NCBI GenBank assembly: GCA_012295275.1
Contig: CM022675.1
Coordinates: 1 to 64,000 of the forward strand
DNA: 64,000 bases
Reading direction: 5' to 3'
Source: Chrysomallon squamiferum
Taxonomy: Eukaryota > Animalia > Mollusca
The notes beneath the pieces are model-generated. The model was not told where the DNA came from. It worked only from the letters and a program-made list of their open reading frames with translations, and made no database searches. How positions within the stretch are numbered: position 1 is the stretch's first letter; every line of letters starts with the position of its first letter. The position numbers and the translations under genes are program-made. Below, piece after piece: positions 1 to 18,635 of this stretch.

Positions 1-639
1 ATTTCCAAACACTAAATACAAATAATGATCCACTGATAAATATGAAGTGTGTAAGTACTTGTCTGCAGTAAAGACCAGTGCTGAGTTGGTGTGATTGTTG
101 CTGATATTTCGATCGCTTCATTGTGTAAACCAGTGTATTTGACGTATTGAATTTGTAGAGAGACAAAATGTATTCCCTAGCGAAATCCTCTGCTTAAGTA
201 TGTTGTGTTTGTGTCTGTTTTTATATGCTTATACCTAGTGTGTCTGTATACTTAATGTGTGTATAATATTGTTATAATGTTTGAATGTATCTGCGTGTCT
301 TTGTATATGCATTTGTATGTGTACGTGTGTGTGTGTGTGTGTGCACGCGCGTGTCTGTGTGTCTGTCTGTGTATATCACGTCTGTTTTTAAATGATACAA
401 ACATTTTTCGAAATTCCTGATCCACGACAGTTCACAACAATATATGCAACATAACAATACATGACTTATCAACCCTCACAGTCTCTTAAATAGCGTTATG
501 ACTATAGGTGTGTATGTATGTATATGTATGTGTATGTGTTTTTTGGGTAGACCTCAAGTCATTAGGGAAAATGACTGAATGAAAAAGAATGACTTACAAT
601 TGGATCAAGAGATTTATTTCGTAACTCACCTAGTAGTGT

Positions 640-1345
640 TTTATTTATTACAGCAGATCAAACGTTTGTTCTCGAAACATACACGTTTTGTTTGACAGCT
701 CTTTTTTCCTCTATAGCTGCATTTCACAAACCCTTGTCCTCCTGCGTAACTCCTTTGACACCTCTGCTCTAAAAGCATTATGACACATCATACAACAAAA
801 GCAGTCTCTGGGAACTCACATCAAACTGGTTCCTGGTAGACTGTTCATTGACATCAATATCTACAGTCACACCCAGCAGGCTCCTGGGGTCACCACGGCT
901 CCTGTCCACAGCTGGAACAGGCACTGCCACGTTGTCTCTATCTCCTTCTCCGGCAGACAACACAACGCGACTGCGTATGATCATCCGCTCGTCTTGCTGA
1001 AACTGTTCATCTTCAGTGAACTTTCACTTAGCGCTGACGTCGACACAGGAACTCTACTTTTGGCGTCAACTGGTCATCCTCGGAGTGGGACCGCAGCTGG
1101 TCAGACCTGGCGTCTTCATCTGTTTGACGTTTCTTGGTCAGTTTCTGCACGTCTGCGCACTGAAGAATTTCAAACGTGGACATGAGGTAGTAAGTACTCG
1201 TGGTGTGTTTTTCCTGTGGTCAACAGATATCTTCTTTAGCTGGACCATAATCAAGAAGTACTCTTCCTTTGTTATGTACACTCGCCTGCATAATTCATAC
1301 TTCTTAATCAATCTCTCTTAAAGCGGACTTCCAAAAGAATATCCA
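640..1345 (-). mobile_element. Degenerate, internally deleted KRBA2/SCAND3-like integrase (DDE) transposon remnant
   Basis: Minus-strand translation gives family-typical pieces: N-terminal 'YYLMSTFEILQCADVQKLTKKRQ', then 'DNVAVPVPAVDRSRGDPRSLLGV...STRNQFDV' (ORF 778-984) and a Cys-rich end 'GGQGFVKCSYRGKKSCQTKRVC'. The integrase core is absent and frames are broken. Family assignment is from motif recognition only. Confidence 0.6.
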
Positions 1346-1491
1346 TGGTGGACAAATAAGTGATCTGAATGCGATCAGGAACTACTGTATTTTATACCAC
1401 TTATATACACACACACGCATGCATATCAATTCATACATACTTATAATACATACACACAAAAAGACACACATACACACACACATACATACAT

Positions 1492-1536
<45 letters not shown>

Positions 1537-3126
1537 TATATATAGATATATATTGATATATACACAGATATAATATATTTATATATATAAGCGTACATAA
1601 GTATGTATTAATATATATGTATATCATTACAAATGCATTTTTGTTTTAATCACCTTTACAAATATCCTAAGGGATTAAGTAAAACATCTATATATATATT
1701 GAAATCAATAAATTAATAATTAAATAAAATACACACAAATTAAAAAAAAAATTCAACAATTAAATAAACGACTAGAGAAACAAACAAACTGAAATAAAGA
1801 ATAAAAATATGTTCCTTTTATTACAGAGATAACACGAATTCTTTTCAAATCTGCAGTCAACACTGGTAGAAGTTTCAGGAATGTTTCCTCCATAAACTGC
1901 ACTTTTATATCAGTAGTGAGGTACCTTGTACAAACAATTTTATACAGTACAACACATACTATAATTTTTATATAAAGTCAGCATTAACAAACACGAATGT
2001 GATAAAGACAAACTGATAAAGCTGGGATCAATCCTTGTAATCTACCGGTATCAACAGAAGGATTCAAATACCAATAATAGTTCTCGTTTTTATATTATCA
2101 TAAATTTATCTTTATCCAGGACACGAATTAAAATAAAATAATTCAGCAAAACTTGCTTACATAAATTTAAATTTAACAACTCTTTCCAAAGAAAACAATT
2201 ATAAAACTAAATTTAACAAATGTTATACATTTACATTTAGCAATTATTTCAAAATTAGTAGTTTATCAGTTTATATGAAATAAATGCTGAAAGAAATAGA
2301 CAATTCAGATATTTTCTTTCTGTTTTTATTTTTTTTATTTTTTGAAAGGCATTGTTTTCAGTATTTTAATTAAACAAAACATTCCTGTAAATTGGAATAG
2401 TGTTTCGTTTTTTTATTTTGATTTCATTTCTCAAGTTAATAATTTAGGCTAGTACTATTGTCTCGTTTCAACTAATAAAACTGTTTTAATTAAAAAAAGA
2501 CGACTGTAGAGTTTTCATTACAGTTTTAGTTCAAAACAGAAGTTGTTGGAATTTTCATCACAGTTTTAATTCAAATCCGAAGAAACTCGAATTTTCTTTA
2601 CAGTTTTACTTCAAAACAGAAGATACTCCAATTTTCGTGACAGTTTTAGGTGAAAACAGCATATGGTGGAATTTTCATTACAGTTTTAGTTCGAAGGTGA
2701 AGATGAACGAATTTCCATTATAATTTTAGTTCAGAAAAGGAGATGGGGGAATTTTCAGTACAGTTTTAATTCAAAACAGAAATAGGTTGAATTGTCCTAA
2801 CAGTTTTCGTTCAAACTTGAATGTGGTCGAATTTTCATTAGAGATTTAGTCCAAAACAGGAGATGGTGAAATTTTCATTACATTTTTAGTTCAAAACAGA
2901 AGACGGTCATTTTTGTAATTACAGATATAACTTTAGTCAGAAGACAGACAAATGTTCCTAAAACTATTTGTTCAAAACAGAAGATGGTGGAATTTGTATT
3001 ACCGTTTCAGTTTATAACAGAAGATGTTCAAATTCTCAATCCTGTTTTAGTTCAAAACCGATGATGGTCGAATTGTCATTACACTTTCAATTTGTAAAAG
3101 AAGATGTTCAAATTCTCAATCCTGTT

Positions 3127-5661
<2,535 letters not shown>

Positions 5662-6349
5662 TTTATAAATGGTATCAATGTCGAAATTCAGATATCTGTA
5701 TTCAGAAATAAATTAATTTACTTATATGAAGATATTTTAATCGTTATTCCACAGAGGCAAATAAACTAATAATTTCTTCTACTAATGTTTCCAAGACACT
5801 GTCACTACCAAACTGAACTCTTCAAATATATTAAGCGTTTGACACAAGCTTCTGTTTTCAGTCCTGTGTTAAATAAAACCTTTTCTAATAATTCCTGCAA
5901 CTTCTCTTGGTTTAGCTGAAACATACAGAAGCCAAACAGAACTGTAATCACATTCGGTGAACAAATATTTTATGCTAGAGTGAATATGGATTATTTAATT
6001 AATAATCTAGTGATTATTGATATTTTTCTTTAATTTGTACTGATTCTTTCAGTTCATCTGAAAGAAATAGAAGGCCAACAGAATTGTTTATTCGTATAAT
6101 AGTCATCAGGGAAATGATCATTTGAAATATGATTTGTTCTGTCTTGCTTCAGCGATTGGTTTAGGGCGAAATGTTTGTTATCTTTCTTTTTGTTGCTGTA
6201 TCTTTGTGGGTTTTTGTTACTGAGGGGAGTGTGTGTTTTTATGGTTGTTCTGTTTATTTTTATTGAGTCATGTTGTTGCTTTTGTTGTTCGTACTGTTGT
6301 TTTATTGTATTAATATATATTTGTAAGTGTATATCATGTGGGATCTAGT

Positions 6350-6665
6350 AGGTTTAGAGGTAGCTAGTATGTACATCTTGTTAATTTTTTAGTAATAGCA
6401 ATCGTAGTAATAGTATAGTAAGTTGAGAGGTAGCTAGCATGTACATCTTGTTAATTTTTTAGTAATAGCAATCGTAGTAATAGTATAGTAAGTTGAGAGG
6501 TAGCTAGCTTGTGTATCTTGTTAATTTTTAGTAGTAGTAATTGTAGTAATAGTATAGTAGGTTTACAGGAAGCTGGCATGTACAATCTTGTTAATTTTTT
6601 AGTAATGGTAATTGTAGTAATAGTATAATAGGTTTAGAGGTAGCTAGTATGTACATCTACTTAAT
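6350..6665. repeat. 70-bp tandem repeat, ~4.5 copies
   Basis: AGAGGTAGCTAGTATGTACATCTTGTTAATTTTTTAGTAATAG... restarts at 6356, 6426, 6496, ~6565 and 6636. Confidence 0.85.
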
Positions 6666-6706
6666 TTTGTTTTAATGTCACTAAATAAAAGTCAAATCAA
6701 ATCACC

Positions 6707-9715
<3,009 letters not shown>

Positions 9716-10019
9716 CTTCTTCTTGTCTCTCGTGATAAAGGTTCCCTTGTTACATTTAAAACTTCTTTTTTTCCGATATACATATCTGTCCTACTTGTTT
9801 AGATAGCAGAAATAAAATATTGATAATAAAGTTTTAAAATGTAACTGATTTTCTTATTACTTTATTTAATTACTTATTACGGACTGTTTCAAAGGCGGAT
9901 CGATTGAAACTGGCGAAATTTCAGATGAAATAAAAAAAAATTCAGGGTGTTTGCAAAAGTAGAAAATGCTGGGCAATATTTCATAAGCAAATAGACAAGA
10001 ATAGATTCTGAGTACCGCC

Positions 10020-10208
10020 TGTTGTATTTAAATGGTGTTTTAGTTAACATTGTTACAGTTTACGATGTTTAAGGGAACCGGAAGAAGGGACAGTATTATA
10101 TATGAAGTCACCGGGAGCATGCGTCAGTTTTGTTCGTAGCAATTTTTGAAACGAAATAAATTATTTGGAAATTAAATGAACTTTATGTTTTAATGTTAAA
10201 ACATAACA
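10020..10208 (+). repeat. 5' LTR (189 bp)
   Basis: TGTTGTATTT...CATAACA; three substitutions relative to the 3' LTR. Confidence 0.96.
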
Positions 10209-10210
10209 AT

Positions 10211-10228
10211 TGGCGACGAGGATGGGAT
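10211..10228 (+). promoter_or_regulatory. Primer-binding site, tRNA-Ser(GCT)-type
   Basis: TGGCGACGAGGATGGGAT starts after a 2-nt spacer following the LTR and is complementary to the metazoan tRNA-Ser(GCT) 3' end (...ATCCCATCCTCGTCGCCA, recalled sequence). Confidence 0.88.
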
Positions 10229-10271
10229 AACACTTATTGAACTGTTTCCTGAAATTAACTATTTATGAAAT

Positions 10272-11039
10272 ATGGCTACCTACGGTAAAGTTGAAGAGTT
10301 TGATCTAGAAAGTTCCGATTGGGATGAATACATCGAACGTTTGGAACAGTATCTGCTGGCGAATAATGTAGACGATGCCGAAAAGAAACGTTCCATTTTG
10401 TTATCCGTATGTGGTGCCAAGACTTACAGGTTGATTCGAAATCTGACTTCGCCCGAGAAACCGGCAAATAAGACTTACGAACAATTGAAAACTTTGATAG
10501 GAAATCATCTCAAACCAAAACCTTTGGTGATTGCGGAACGGTTCAAATTCTATCAACGGAAACAAGAGCCCGGAGAGACTGTAAGTGAATTTTTGCCTGA
10601 ATTAAGAAAAATTGACAGAACATTGTGAATTTGGTGCATTTTGACTGAAGCATTAAGAGACATTTTGGTCTGTGGTCTGTCTGAAAAGTCTATACAGAAA
10701 AAACTTCTCTCTGAACATGACTTATCACTGAGTAAAGCATTGCAAATAGCTGTTAGTATGGAAATGGCAGCTAGAGAAACTGACATGCTGAAAATTGGAA
10801 TGAAGTCAGAAACGGAAAAGTTCCACAAAGTTTCTGTCATTGAATGCTTCCGGTGCGGTAAAACTAATCATCATCCTGATGCATGTTTTTACAAAAAGGC
10901 AAACTGTTATACGTGTAATGAAACAGGACATTTGAGTAGAAAATGTCGAAATCAAAAGAAAAAAAATAGAAAGACAGGAAAGCAAACTGCTGGAAAAAGG
11001 AAAAAAGAAATTTCCAAAGTTGAAAAAGAAAAATTCTAA
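10272..11039 (+). pseudogene. gag: Gag with two CCHC zinc knuckles, frameshifted
   Basis: ORFs 10272-10628 (WDEYIERLEQYLLAN...VIAERFKFYQRKQ) and 10641-11039 (LRDILVCGL; CFRCGKTNHHPDAC; CYTCNETGHLSRKC) lie either side of a frame break and stop near 10615-10640. Confidence 0.88.
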
Positions 11040-13155
11040 ACTGAATGTTGTGAATCAAGATTCTGATAGGGACGTTACGGAATCAGAAAGTGGTCCCAGT
11101 GATTCTGAAATTGAAAATGCTGAATCTGAAACAGGTTTAAAAATTCATGACGTTCAGGAAGAATCTGGAAGTAACGAAACTGAATCAGAAATTATAAAAG
11201 CTGTTCTTGAAAATAAAGAGGTTGCAATGGAAAGGAATGAAAGTGATTCTGAAACGTCAATTTTCACAGTGAAATCTACGAAAGCGAAAGAAATTCAAAT
11301 TTCATTGGAACTCAATGGTGTGCCTTTCAAAATGGAAGTAGATACAGGTGCTTCTGTATCCATAATTTCTAATAAGGTTTATCAGGAAAAATTGAAGAAA
11401 ACAGTGCCATTGAAATCAACGTCGATTGTGTTGAAAACTTATACTGATGAAGTGGTGCCAGTTCTTGGGAAAATTGAGGTGACTGTTAAATATGGAAAGC
11501 AGAAAAAACTTTTACCTTTAATTGTGGTGAAAGGAAATGGACCAACTTTGTTTGGGCGGAATTGGTTCCAAAACATTCAGTTGGACTGGAACAGTATTAA
11601 GATTATGAAAGCCTGTGGAAACTCTGAAGATTTGTTCAGTAGATACTCAGTTTTTTCAAATAAGTTGGGAACAGTAAAAGGCATAAGAGCTCATCTGAAA
11701 GTGAAAGAGGATGCTACTCCAAAGTTTTTCAAGGCTAGACCAGTGCCTTATGCTTTGAAGGAAAAGATAGCTGATGAACTTCACAGACTTGAAGCAGAAG
11801 GAATTCTAGAAAAGGTAGATTTTTCTGAATGGGCTTCTCCTATTGTACCTGTTTTAAAACCTCACAATAGCATTCGCATTTGTGGCGATTACAAGGTTAC
11901 CATAAATCCTGTGTTGGAAGTGCCTGAGTACCCTTTGCCCACTGCAGAAGACATTTTCAGCAAACTCAATGGAGGACAAAAGTTCTTCAAACTGGATTTG
12001 TCACATGCATACCAGCAAGTGTTGCTTGATGAAAAGTCGAGGAACTATGTCACAATCAATACTCACCTTGGGCTTTATCGCTATACAAGGTTGCCATTTG
12101 GAGTTGCTGCAGCACCTGCTATTTTTCAACAAACTATGGACAAAGTGCTTCAAGGGCTAAAAGGGGTAGGTTACATTTTGGATGACATCATAATCACTGG
12201 AAAGGATGACACCGAACACTTGAAACATTTGAAAAAGACTTTGAAACGCCTAGAAAAATATGGAATTCAACTGAAAAGGTCAAAATGTGCATTGATGAAA
12301 GATGAAGTTGAGTATTTTGCATTTATTGTGAACAAAAATGGGATTCAACCTTCTGAAAGAAAAGTTGAAGCTATTCTGAAAGTGCCTGAACCTAAGAACA
12401 AGAGTGAGTTGCAATCTTGGTTAGGTATTGTGAATTACTATCACAAGTTTGTACCCAACATGTCAACAGAGGTGGCACCGCTAACAGCGTTGTTAACCAA
12501 AGATACAGAGTGGAAATGGAGTGATGATTGTCAACAAGCATTTTCCAAAGTGGGAAAACTGTTAGCATCATCTAAAATTCTTGTCCACTATGACCCAATG
12601 AAACCAGTAATGTTGGCAGTAGATGCATCTGCGCATGGTCTTGGAGCGGTAATATCACATGGAAATGAAGGATCAGACAGGCCAATAGCATACGCTTCTA
12701 GAACTCTGACATCAGCAGAACGCAAGTATTCCCAAATTGATATAGAAGCACTGGCAATAATTTTTGGAATACACAAGTTCCATCAGTACCTGTATGGTAG
12801 AAGATTTACTTTGTTCACAGATCATAAACCACTGACAATGATTCTTGGACCTAAAAAGAATATTCCAGTTCTGACAGCCTCTCGACTACAGCATTGGGCT
12901 ATTCAGTTAGCTGCATATCAGTTTGACATTAAATACAGAAAAACTACCAAAAATGGAAATGCTGATGCACTGTCCCGACTACCACTTCTGCCGACTGAAG
13001 AAATATCTGAAAGTGTGTTTTGGCATGAAGACAAGCAAGCAATGAGAAATCAAGTCAATGGATTACCTATCACTGCAAGACATATTGCTAAAGCAACTGC
13101 AGTTGACAAAGTATTATCTCGGGTTGTACATTATAACATGTATGGATGGCCATAA
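11020..13155 (+). CDS. pol: Pol: aspartic protease, reverse transcriptase, RNase H (ends at a premature TAA)
   Basis: Protease VDTGAS; RT motifs WASPIVPV, KLDLSHAYQQ, RLPFGV and ILDDII; RNase H motifs VDASAHGLGAV, EALAIIFG, TDHKPL and NADALSRLP. Confidence 0.92.
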   Translation: MKKKNSKLNVVNQDSDRDVTESESGPSDSEIENAESETGLKIHDVQEESGSNETESEIIKAVLENKEVAMERNESDSETSIFTVKSTKAKEIQISLELNGVPFKMEVDTGASVSIISNKVYQEKLKKTVPLKSTSIVLKTYTDEVVPVLGKIEVTVKYGKQKKLLPLIVVKGNGPTLFGRNWFQNIQLDWNSIKIMKACGNSEDLFSRYSVFSNKLGTVKGIRAHLKVKEDATPKFFKARPVPYALKEKIADELHRLEAEGILEKVDFSEWASPIVPVLKPHNSIRICGDYKVTINPVLEVPEYPLPTAEDIFSKLNGGQKFFKLDLSHAYQQVLLDEKSRNYVTINTHLGLYRYTRLPFGVAAAPAIFQQTMDKVLQGLKGVGYILDDIIITGKDDTEHLKHLKKTLKRLEKYGIQLKRSKCALMKDEVEYFAFIVNKNGIQPSERKVEAILKVPEPKNKSELQSWLGIVNYYHKFVPNMSTEVAPLTALLTKDTEWKWSDDCQQAFSKVGKLLASSKILVHYDPMKPVMLAVDASAHGLGAVISHGNEGSDRPIAYASRTLTSAERKYSQIDIEALAIIFGIHKFHQYLYGRRFTLFTDHKPLTMILGPKKNIPVLTASRLQHWAIQLAAYQFDIKYRKTTKNGNADALSRLPLLPTEEISESVFWHEDKQAMRNQVNGLPITARHIAKATAVDKVLSRVVHYNMYGWP

Positions 13156-14395
13156 GAGTCTTCTATTTCACCGGAGCTGTTACCTTATTTCAGAGTGAAA
13201 GATGAATTAACCGTGGAGGAAAACTGTCTTCTCAGAGGAATGCGAGTGATTATTCCCGATAAATATCGAACAGATATTCTGTATTATCTTCATGAAAATC
13301 ATCCTGGAATTGTGCTAATGAAATCTTTGGCTAGATTGCATGTGTGGTGGCCTCATATGGATATTGACATAGAAAAGAAAGTTAGCAAGTGTAAGTGTTG
13401 CCAACTACAACAAACAGTCATGCCAAAAAGTACAGCTAATGCATGGATTTGGCCCACCAAACGATGGCAAAGAATACATGTTGATTTTGCTGGGCCATTT
13501 ATGAAAGAAATGTTCATGATTGTGGTGGATGCACATTCTAAATGGATGGAAGTTTTTCGAATGCCCAGTACCAGAGCGACGCATGCAGTAGAGACATTGA
13601 GAAATCTCTTTGCAAGTTATGGAATGCCAGAGCAGTTGATTTCTGATAATGGACCTCAGTTTGTTGCAGAGGAATTTGAAACATTTCTTAAGAAAAATGG
13701 AGTGAAACACATCAAATCAGCTCCATACCATCCAAGTTCAAATGGTGAGGCAGAAAGAGCTGTTCGTACTTTTAAAACTGCAATGAAAACAGTTGAACAT
13801 GAGTCACGAACCATGAACCAGAAGATTTCATCATTCTTGTTTGCGTATCGGAACACTCCACACTTTACTACAAAATGTACTCCATCAGAATTGTTTCTTG
13901 ACAGACGTGTTCGAACGAGATTGGATATTTTGCGTCCAAGTTTGGAGAAGTCTGTTAAAAAAAGAACTATTCCAAAAGCTGTTCAATGTTGGAGATTCAG
14001 TACAAGTGAGGAACTACAGAGGATCTCACAAGTGGTTGAGTGAAAAAGTACTGTGTCAGCTAGGGTCTGTTACCTACAGAGTGAAAATTGGAGATTTTGT
14101 GTGTAAAAGACATGTGGATCAACTTCGTAAATGTGTGCATTTGGAGGATAATAGGAACCCGTTCCCAGAACTGTCTGCAATTGGTACGGAGTCTGAAATG
14201 GAATTTGTTGAACCAACTGTTCAGGTGGAAGAGACTGAGATAGAAAATAGAACGGTTACTTCTAATGCCATAGAGGATGCTTCTAATGCCATCGAAGATA
14301 CTGTTGACGATGTACCGCAACTACCAATACCGTCTACCCCAAGATACCCTAGACGTGCTCGAAAAACACCTCAAAGACTGATAGAAACTATTTAA
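13156..14395 (+). pseudogene. Integrase (HHCC + DDE) and C-terminal tail, frameshifted near 13970
   Basis: LHENHPG...CKCC, RIHVDFAGP, ISDNGPQF and NGEAERAVRTFK in ORF 13195-14043; the tail 'FNVGDSVQVRNY...KRHVDQLR' is in the frame of ORF 13841-14395. Confidence 0.9.
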
Positions 14396-14693
14396 AGTGA
14401 TTTAATCTGAATATGTGTAATACGGAATTCATTGAAAGATTGTAGAATTAGTGCTATTTTTTTATTATATATTTTTGTTTTAAGAATAATATTTGTGATT
14501 TGAAGTTCCATATGTGACCAATGAACATACTTGATAAACTGTAATTGAACTATTATGGTGTCCAATGGAAAAAAAAAAAAAAAGTTTATTTTTTAAGTTT
14601 AAGGTTCCATTGTTTAATTATTACTAATTAGTAAATCAAACAAATTTATTTTAGAAATTTACATATAACATAATTTATGGGTAAATTGAAAAT

Positions 14694-14708
14694 TTGGAGG
14701 GGAGGAAG
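14694..14708 (+). promoter_or_regulatory. Polypurine tract
   Basis: GGAGGGGAGGAAG immediately precedes the 3' LTR. Confidence 0.88.
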
Positions 14709-14897
14709 TGTTGTATTTAAATGGTGTTATAGTTAGCATTGTTACAGTTTACGATGTTTAAGGGAACCGGAAGAAGGGACAGTATTATATATGAAGTCAC
14801 CGGGAGTATGCGTCAGTTTTGTTCGTAGCAATTTTTGAAACGAAATAAATTATTTGGAAATTAAATGAACTTTATGTTTTAATGTTAAAACATAACA
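14709..14897 (+). repeat. 3' LTR (189 bp)
   Basis: Direct repeat of 10020-10208, followed by the TSD CCGCC. Confidence 0.96.
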
Positions 14898-15355
14898 CCG
14901 CCCATTCTGAATTACATTTGGTTGAACAAAACCAGGTTGTGTGTAGCAGACTATATCTATCAGCTAACATAACCTAATATGTTCAGCTCCTGAATACCTG
15001 ACATGCCTTTCCTATCTGCTGGTTGTCAGTTTCGCCTTCCCCGTCCATCATACTTGTTTTATGTCCACATCGATTCCAGGAATTACAGAAATACACAATT
15101 CATGCTTGACCTGCTACAGTTCTTTGTGAATTCTTTGTCGATCGGAGCGGTTGAGAGAACATAATACATTGTTTACTCGTATGAAATAATATCATAATTT
15201 AAAAAAATAATTTGTCAGTTCTGTCCAAAAAGTTAAAACTGGATTTGGTAAAGGACGTCATTGTTTGCACCGTGATATAGGGTTTGGGTTAGAGTTAGAG
15301 GTAGGATTGTTTAAATTTTATTATAAATGTGTTAAATGTTAATATTTTAACTTAC

Positions 15356-16546
15356 GTTTACAGGTGAGATGATCATTTTCCAGTTTGTATCCGAGTGGAC
15401 AGGTACAGTTGTACCCAGCATCTTTGTTAACACACGTGTGACTACATTTGTGTCTGTACTGTGTCTCTGTTGTTGTACACTCATCAATGTCTAAAAACAC
15501 ATCAGAAATATCTTATATTAATTAACATAAACACTTATCTATATCTGTTTTAAAATAAACCAATTCAATATATGAATTAATATACACATACTTACAAATA
15601 CTTGTTTAAAACAAATTAAAAACAAAAATATTTTGTATGAATTAAAAGTAACTTGTACACACATTTATCATTATTAAAAACACAAAAAGTGATGAAGAGA
15701 TACAAAGACAAAAGAAACACATGAACATATATAAACTCGAAAGTAATTCTTAGAAACACACTTATATATTTAGAACAAACAAATACATACTGACACAAAC
15801 ATACAAAAATACACACTTACATAAGCTAGATATAAAATATGTCTAAAAATAATCACTAATATTTACGTAAAATTCAAACAAACCTGTTTAAGATCATAGT
15901 CTTTCATAATTATACTTACAGGCACTACATGTTTTTATGTTTCAACGGAAATACAAGATTTTTGAACAAAATCACTGATAGTAAAGTATAGAGTTACCTA
16001 GACAGGTCTGTTTATCAGAGACTAGTTTGTATCCAGTATCACAGAAACAATATGCCTCTTCTGACTCTTCCTTCACAGAACATCCTTGAGTGCAGTTGAG
16101 ATGGCTCAAATTTTGGCACACGTCCTTCACTGAAACAAATAAACATGAGATAGAAACAACGAATTAGGGAATGAAAAAATAGAGAGAAGAAACTATGGTT
16201 TATGAAAGAATGAATTAACAAATAAATATCAGATTAAGATATAGCTGAACATTTCTAGATAGACAAATAAAAAAAAAAAAAAAAAAAAAAAAATAGATGC
16301 TAATTAAAAATTAAAAAAACACACATGAAAATGCAAGCAAACAAAGAACAGTGTGAAAGAAAAAATCAAAACCTTTTTGACAAGTCTTCCTGTCATCACT
16401 GAGAATGTACCCAAAGAAGCAGTCACAGTTATAACTTCCTACCACGTTTTGACAACGTTGTTGACATCCATGCTGATCTGTCTGGCATTCATCAACATCT
16501 GCAACAACAACAACAACAAAAGTAGTAGTAATAATAATAATAATAA

Positions 16547-16577
<31 letters not shown>

Positions 16578-17680
16578 AAAGAACAAATAGAATGTCAAGA
16601 AAACAAAAATTAATAAATGTACCTGTACAGTTGACTCCTTTGAATCCAGCTCGACATGAACAGGAAAATGAACCCGGCACATTAACACAGATCTGTACAC
16701 AAGTGTTAGCCTCTGTATCGCATTCGTTGATATCTGGGTAAAAAAAAAAAATTAAGTTTACATTTCGAAACTCGCACATAATCATTTTATTTATTTTTTG
16801 TCAATGTGTATATGTCCGTGTATATGTGTGTTAGCTTCAATTTCACATTCGACAAAATCTTGAATATCAAATATATTTTTGCATGTTTTTCTCTGTTTTG
16901 CTATTGATATTACTATTATCTATTATTACTGGTATTAGTAGTAGTAATAGTAACAGCAGCAGCAGTAACAGTAATAACTGTAGTAGTTTCTACTAATGTG
17001 CATGGCTTAAGACATACTAATACTAATGATTTGTTATTTATTTTTAACCGGAAATTATGTCCAATTCATACGCTCCTGAAAAATGTGCCTGGGAAAGTCC
17101 TATACAACATCAACTTAGTCAAAGTTTCCTATTCTAGTAGCAGTTCAAAAAAAAAAAAAGGCTTGTTAAAAATGTCTGTATAATGTGATCTGGAAATTCA
17201 TGCCACTCTGAATCACTAAGTAGTGGGTTCATCTCCTATTATAGGACAACTAGGAAACTTTTATGTATCCAACACTGTTATTGTTATTATTGTTATTGTT
17301 GCTGCTGGTGCTGATGGTTTTATTTTATGTTCTTGTTATTATTATTATTATTATTATCATTATTATTGTTATTATTGCATTAATCAGTTTTAAGTCAGTT
17401 AATTAACTTACCATCACATGTATCACTAGTCGTATTTTTAGTATATCCTGTAGGACAGTCACACTTGTAGGATCCCTGCGTGTTGACACACAACTTATCA
17501 TCACCACAGATGTTTTCATTTTCTTTACACTCATCAATATCCTGATCACACTTTGTTCCCCTCCACCCCTCAATACAGACACACCCAAACCGACTGTCAC
17601 AGCGACTGGCAGTGTCACCACACTCACATTTCTCAGCACAGTTAGCTCCGTATGTCAGTTCAGGACAAACTGAAATAAAT

Positions 17681-17773
<93 letters not shown>

Positions 17774-18596
17774 AGTTCAATTTTAGATAATATATTATTT
17801 TAAAACAAGTCAAAAAAAAATGTTTATAAAGAAATATTTTAATTTCTTATAAATTTACACATGATGTTAGTTTTATTAAATACGTTATTTGAGGAAAATT
17901 TGAAATACAAAAATATTTTGATACGTTATAATTTTATATGATAGGTTATTTAACAGAAACTGAAATGTGAACATATTTTCAGTTATTATTAATTTAGGCA
18001 ATCAAATGGTAAATAACATTTTAAAAAAATATTACATTATAGTACGGTATTTGAACCTAACCCTGCTATCAAATGCTGGAATGAAAGAAAATTTTAATTC
18101 ATTATTTTTGTCACTGCTTTTATTTAATTTTATTCAGTATTATTTAATTTTATTCTATTTTTAACATTTTCATAATTTTCCTTTTATCCCTTTGAGGAGG
18201 GGTTGTGGTGAGTTTTTTCTTACCAACAAACATCCTCTGTTACAAATAAGGTAACTTTTTGTGTTTGGTTTATGTCAATCTGCTGGACTACAGGCAATTT
18301 TATCAATTCTGTTAGTTTTGGGTTTCTTATCTTTAATTTTTGATTTATTAAATTATTGTGGTGACCGATGTTTACTCAAATTAATGTTTAGAAACAAAAT
18401 AACAAATCCATGGAGATGGATTCTTTCACCATTCTTAATGTTACAGTTTTCTGTAGATCGAAATGTATTAATGTTAAAAGCAGAATAATATAAAAAAAAG
18501 AACCCCCCAAAAAACCGTAAAACAATTATCTACTAGAATGATATAAGCTAGAATGATCTATTTTAATTCGCTGTCAAATTTTTATTTTATGTTTTT

Positions 18597-18635
<39 letters not shown>

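Larger units (their letters stand above)
10020..14897 (+). mobile_element. Full-length Ty3/Gypsy LTR retrotransposon (Mag-like/K02A2.6-like), coding region disrupted
   Basis: Two 189-bp TG...CA LTRs, 5-bp TSD CCGCC (10015-10019 and 14898-14902), PBS, PPT and gag-PR-RT-RH-IN domain order. Confidence 0.97.

Noticed and set aside
1820-2120. Possible exon downstream of the FReD gene
   Set aside because: Slightly higher complexity, but no convincing frame, splice pair or recognisable motif.
10211-10228. tRNA gene
   Set aside because: Only the 18-nt complement of a tRNA 3' end (PBS); no cloverleaf.
10955-11040. Programmed gag-pol ribosomal frameshift
   Set aside because: A-rich runs are present, but the element has other disabling indels and similar elements often carry a single ORF, so decay or sequencing error cannot be excluded.
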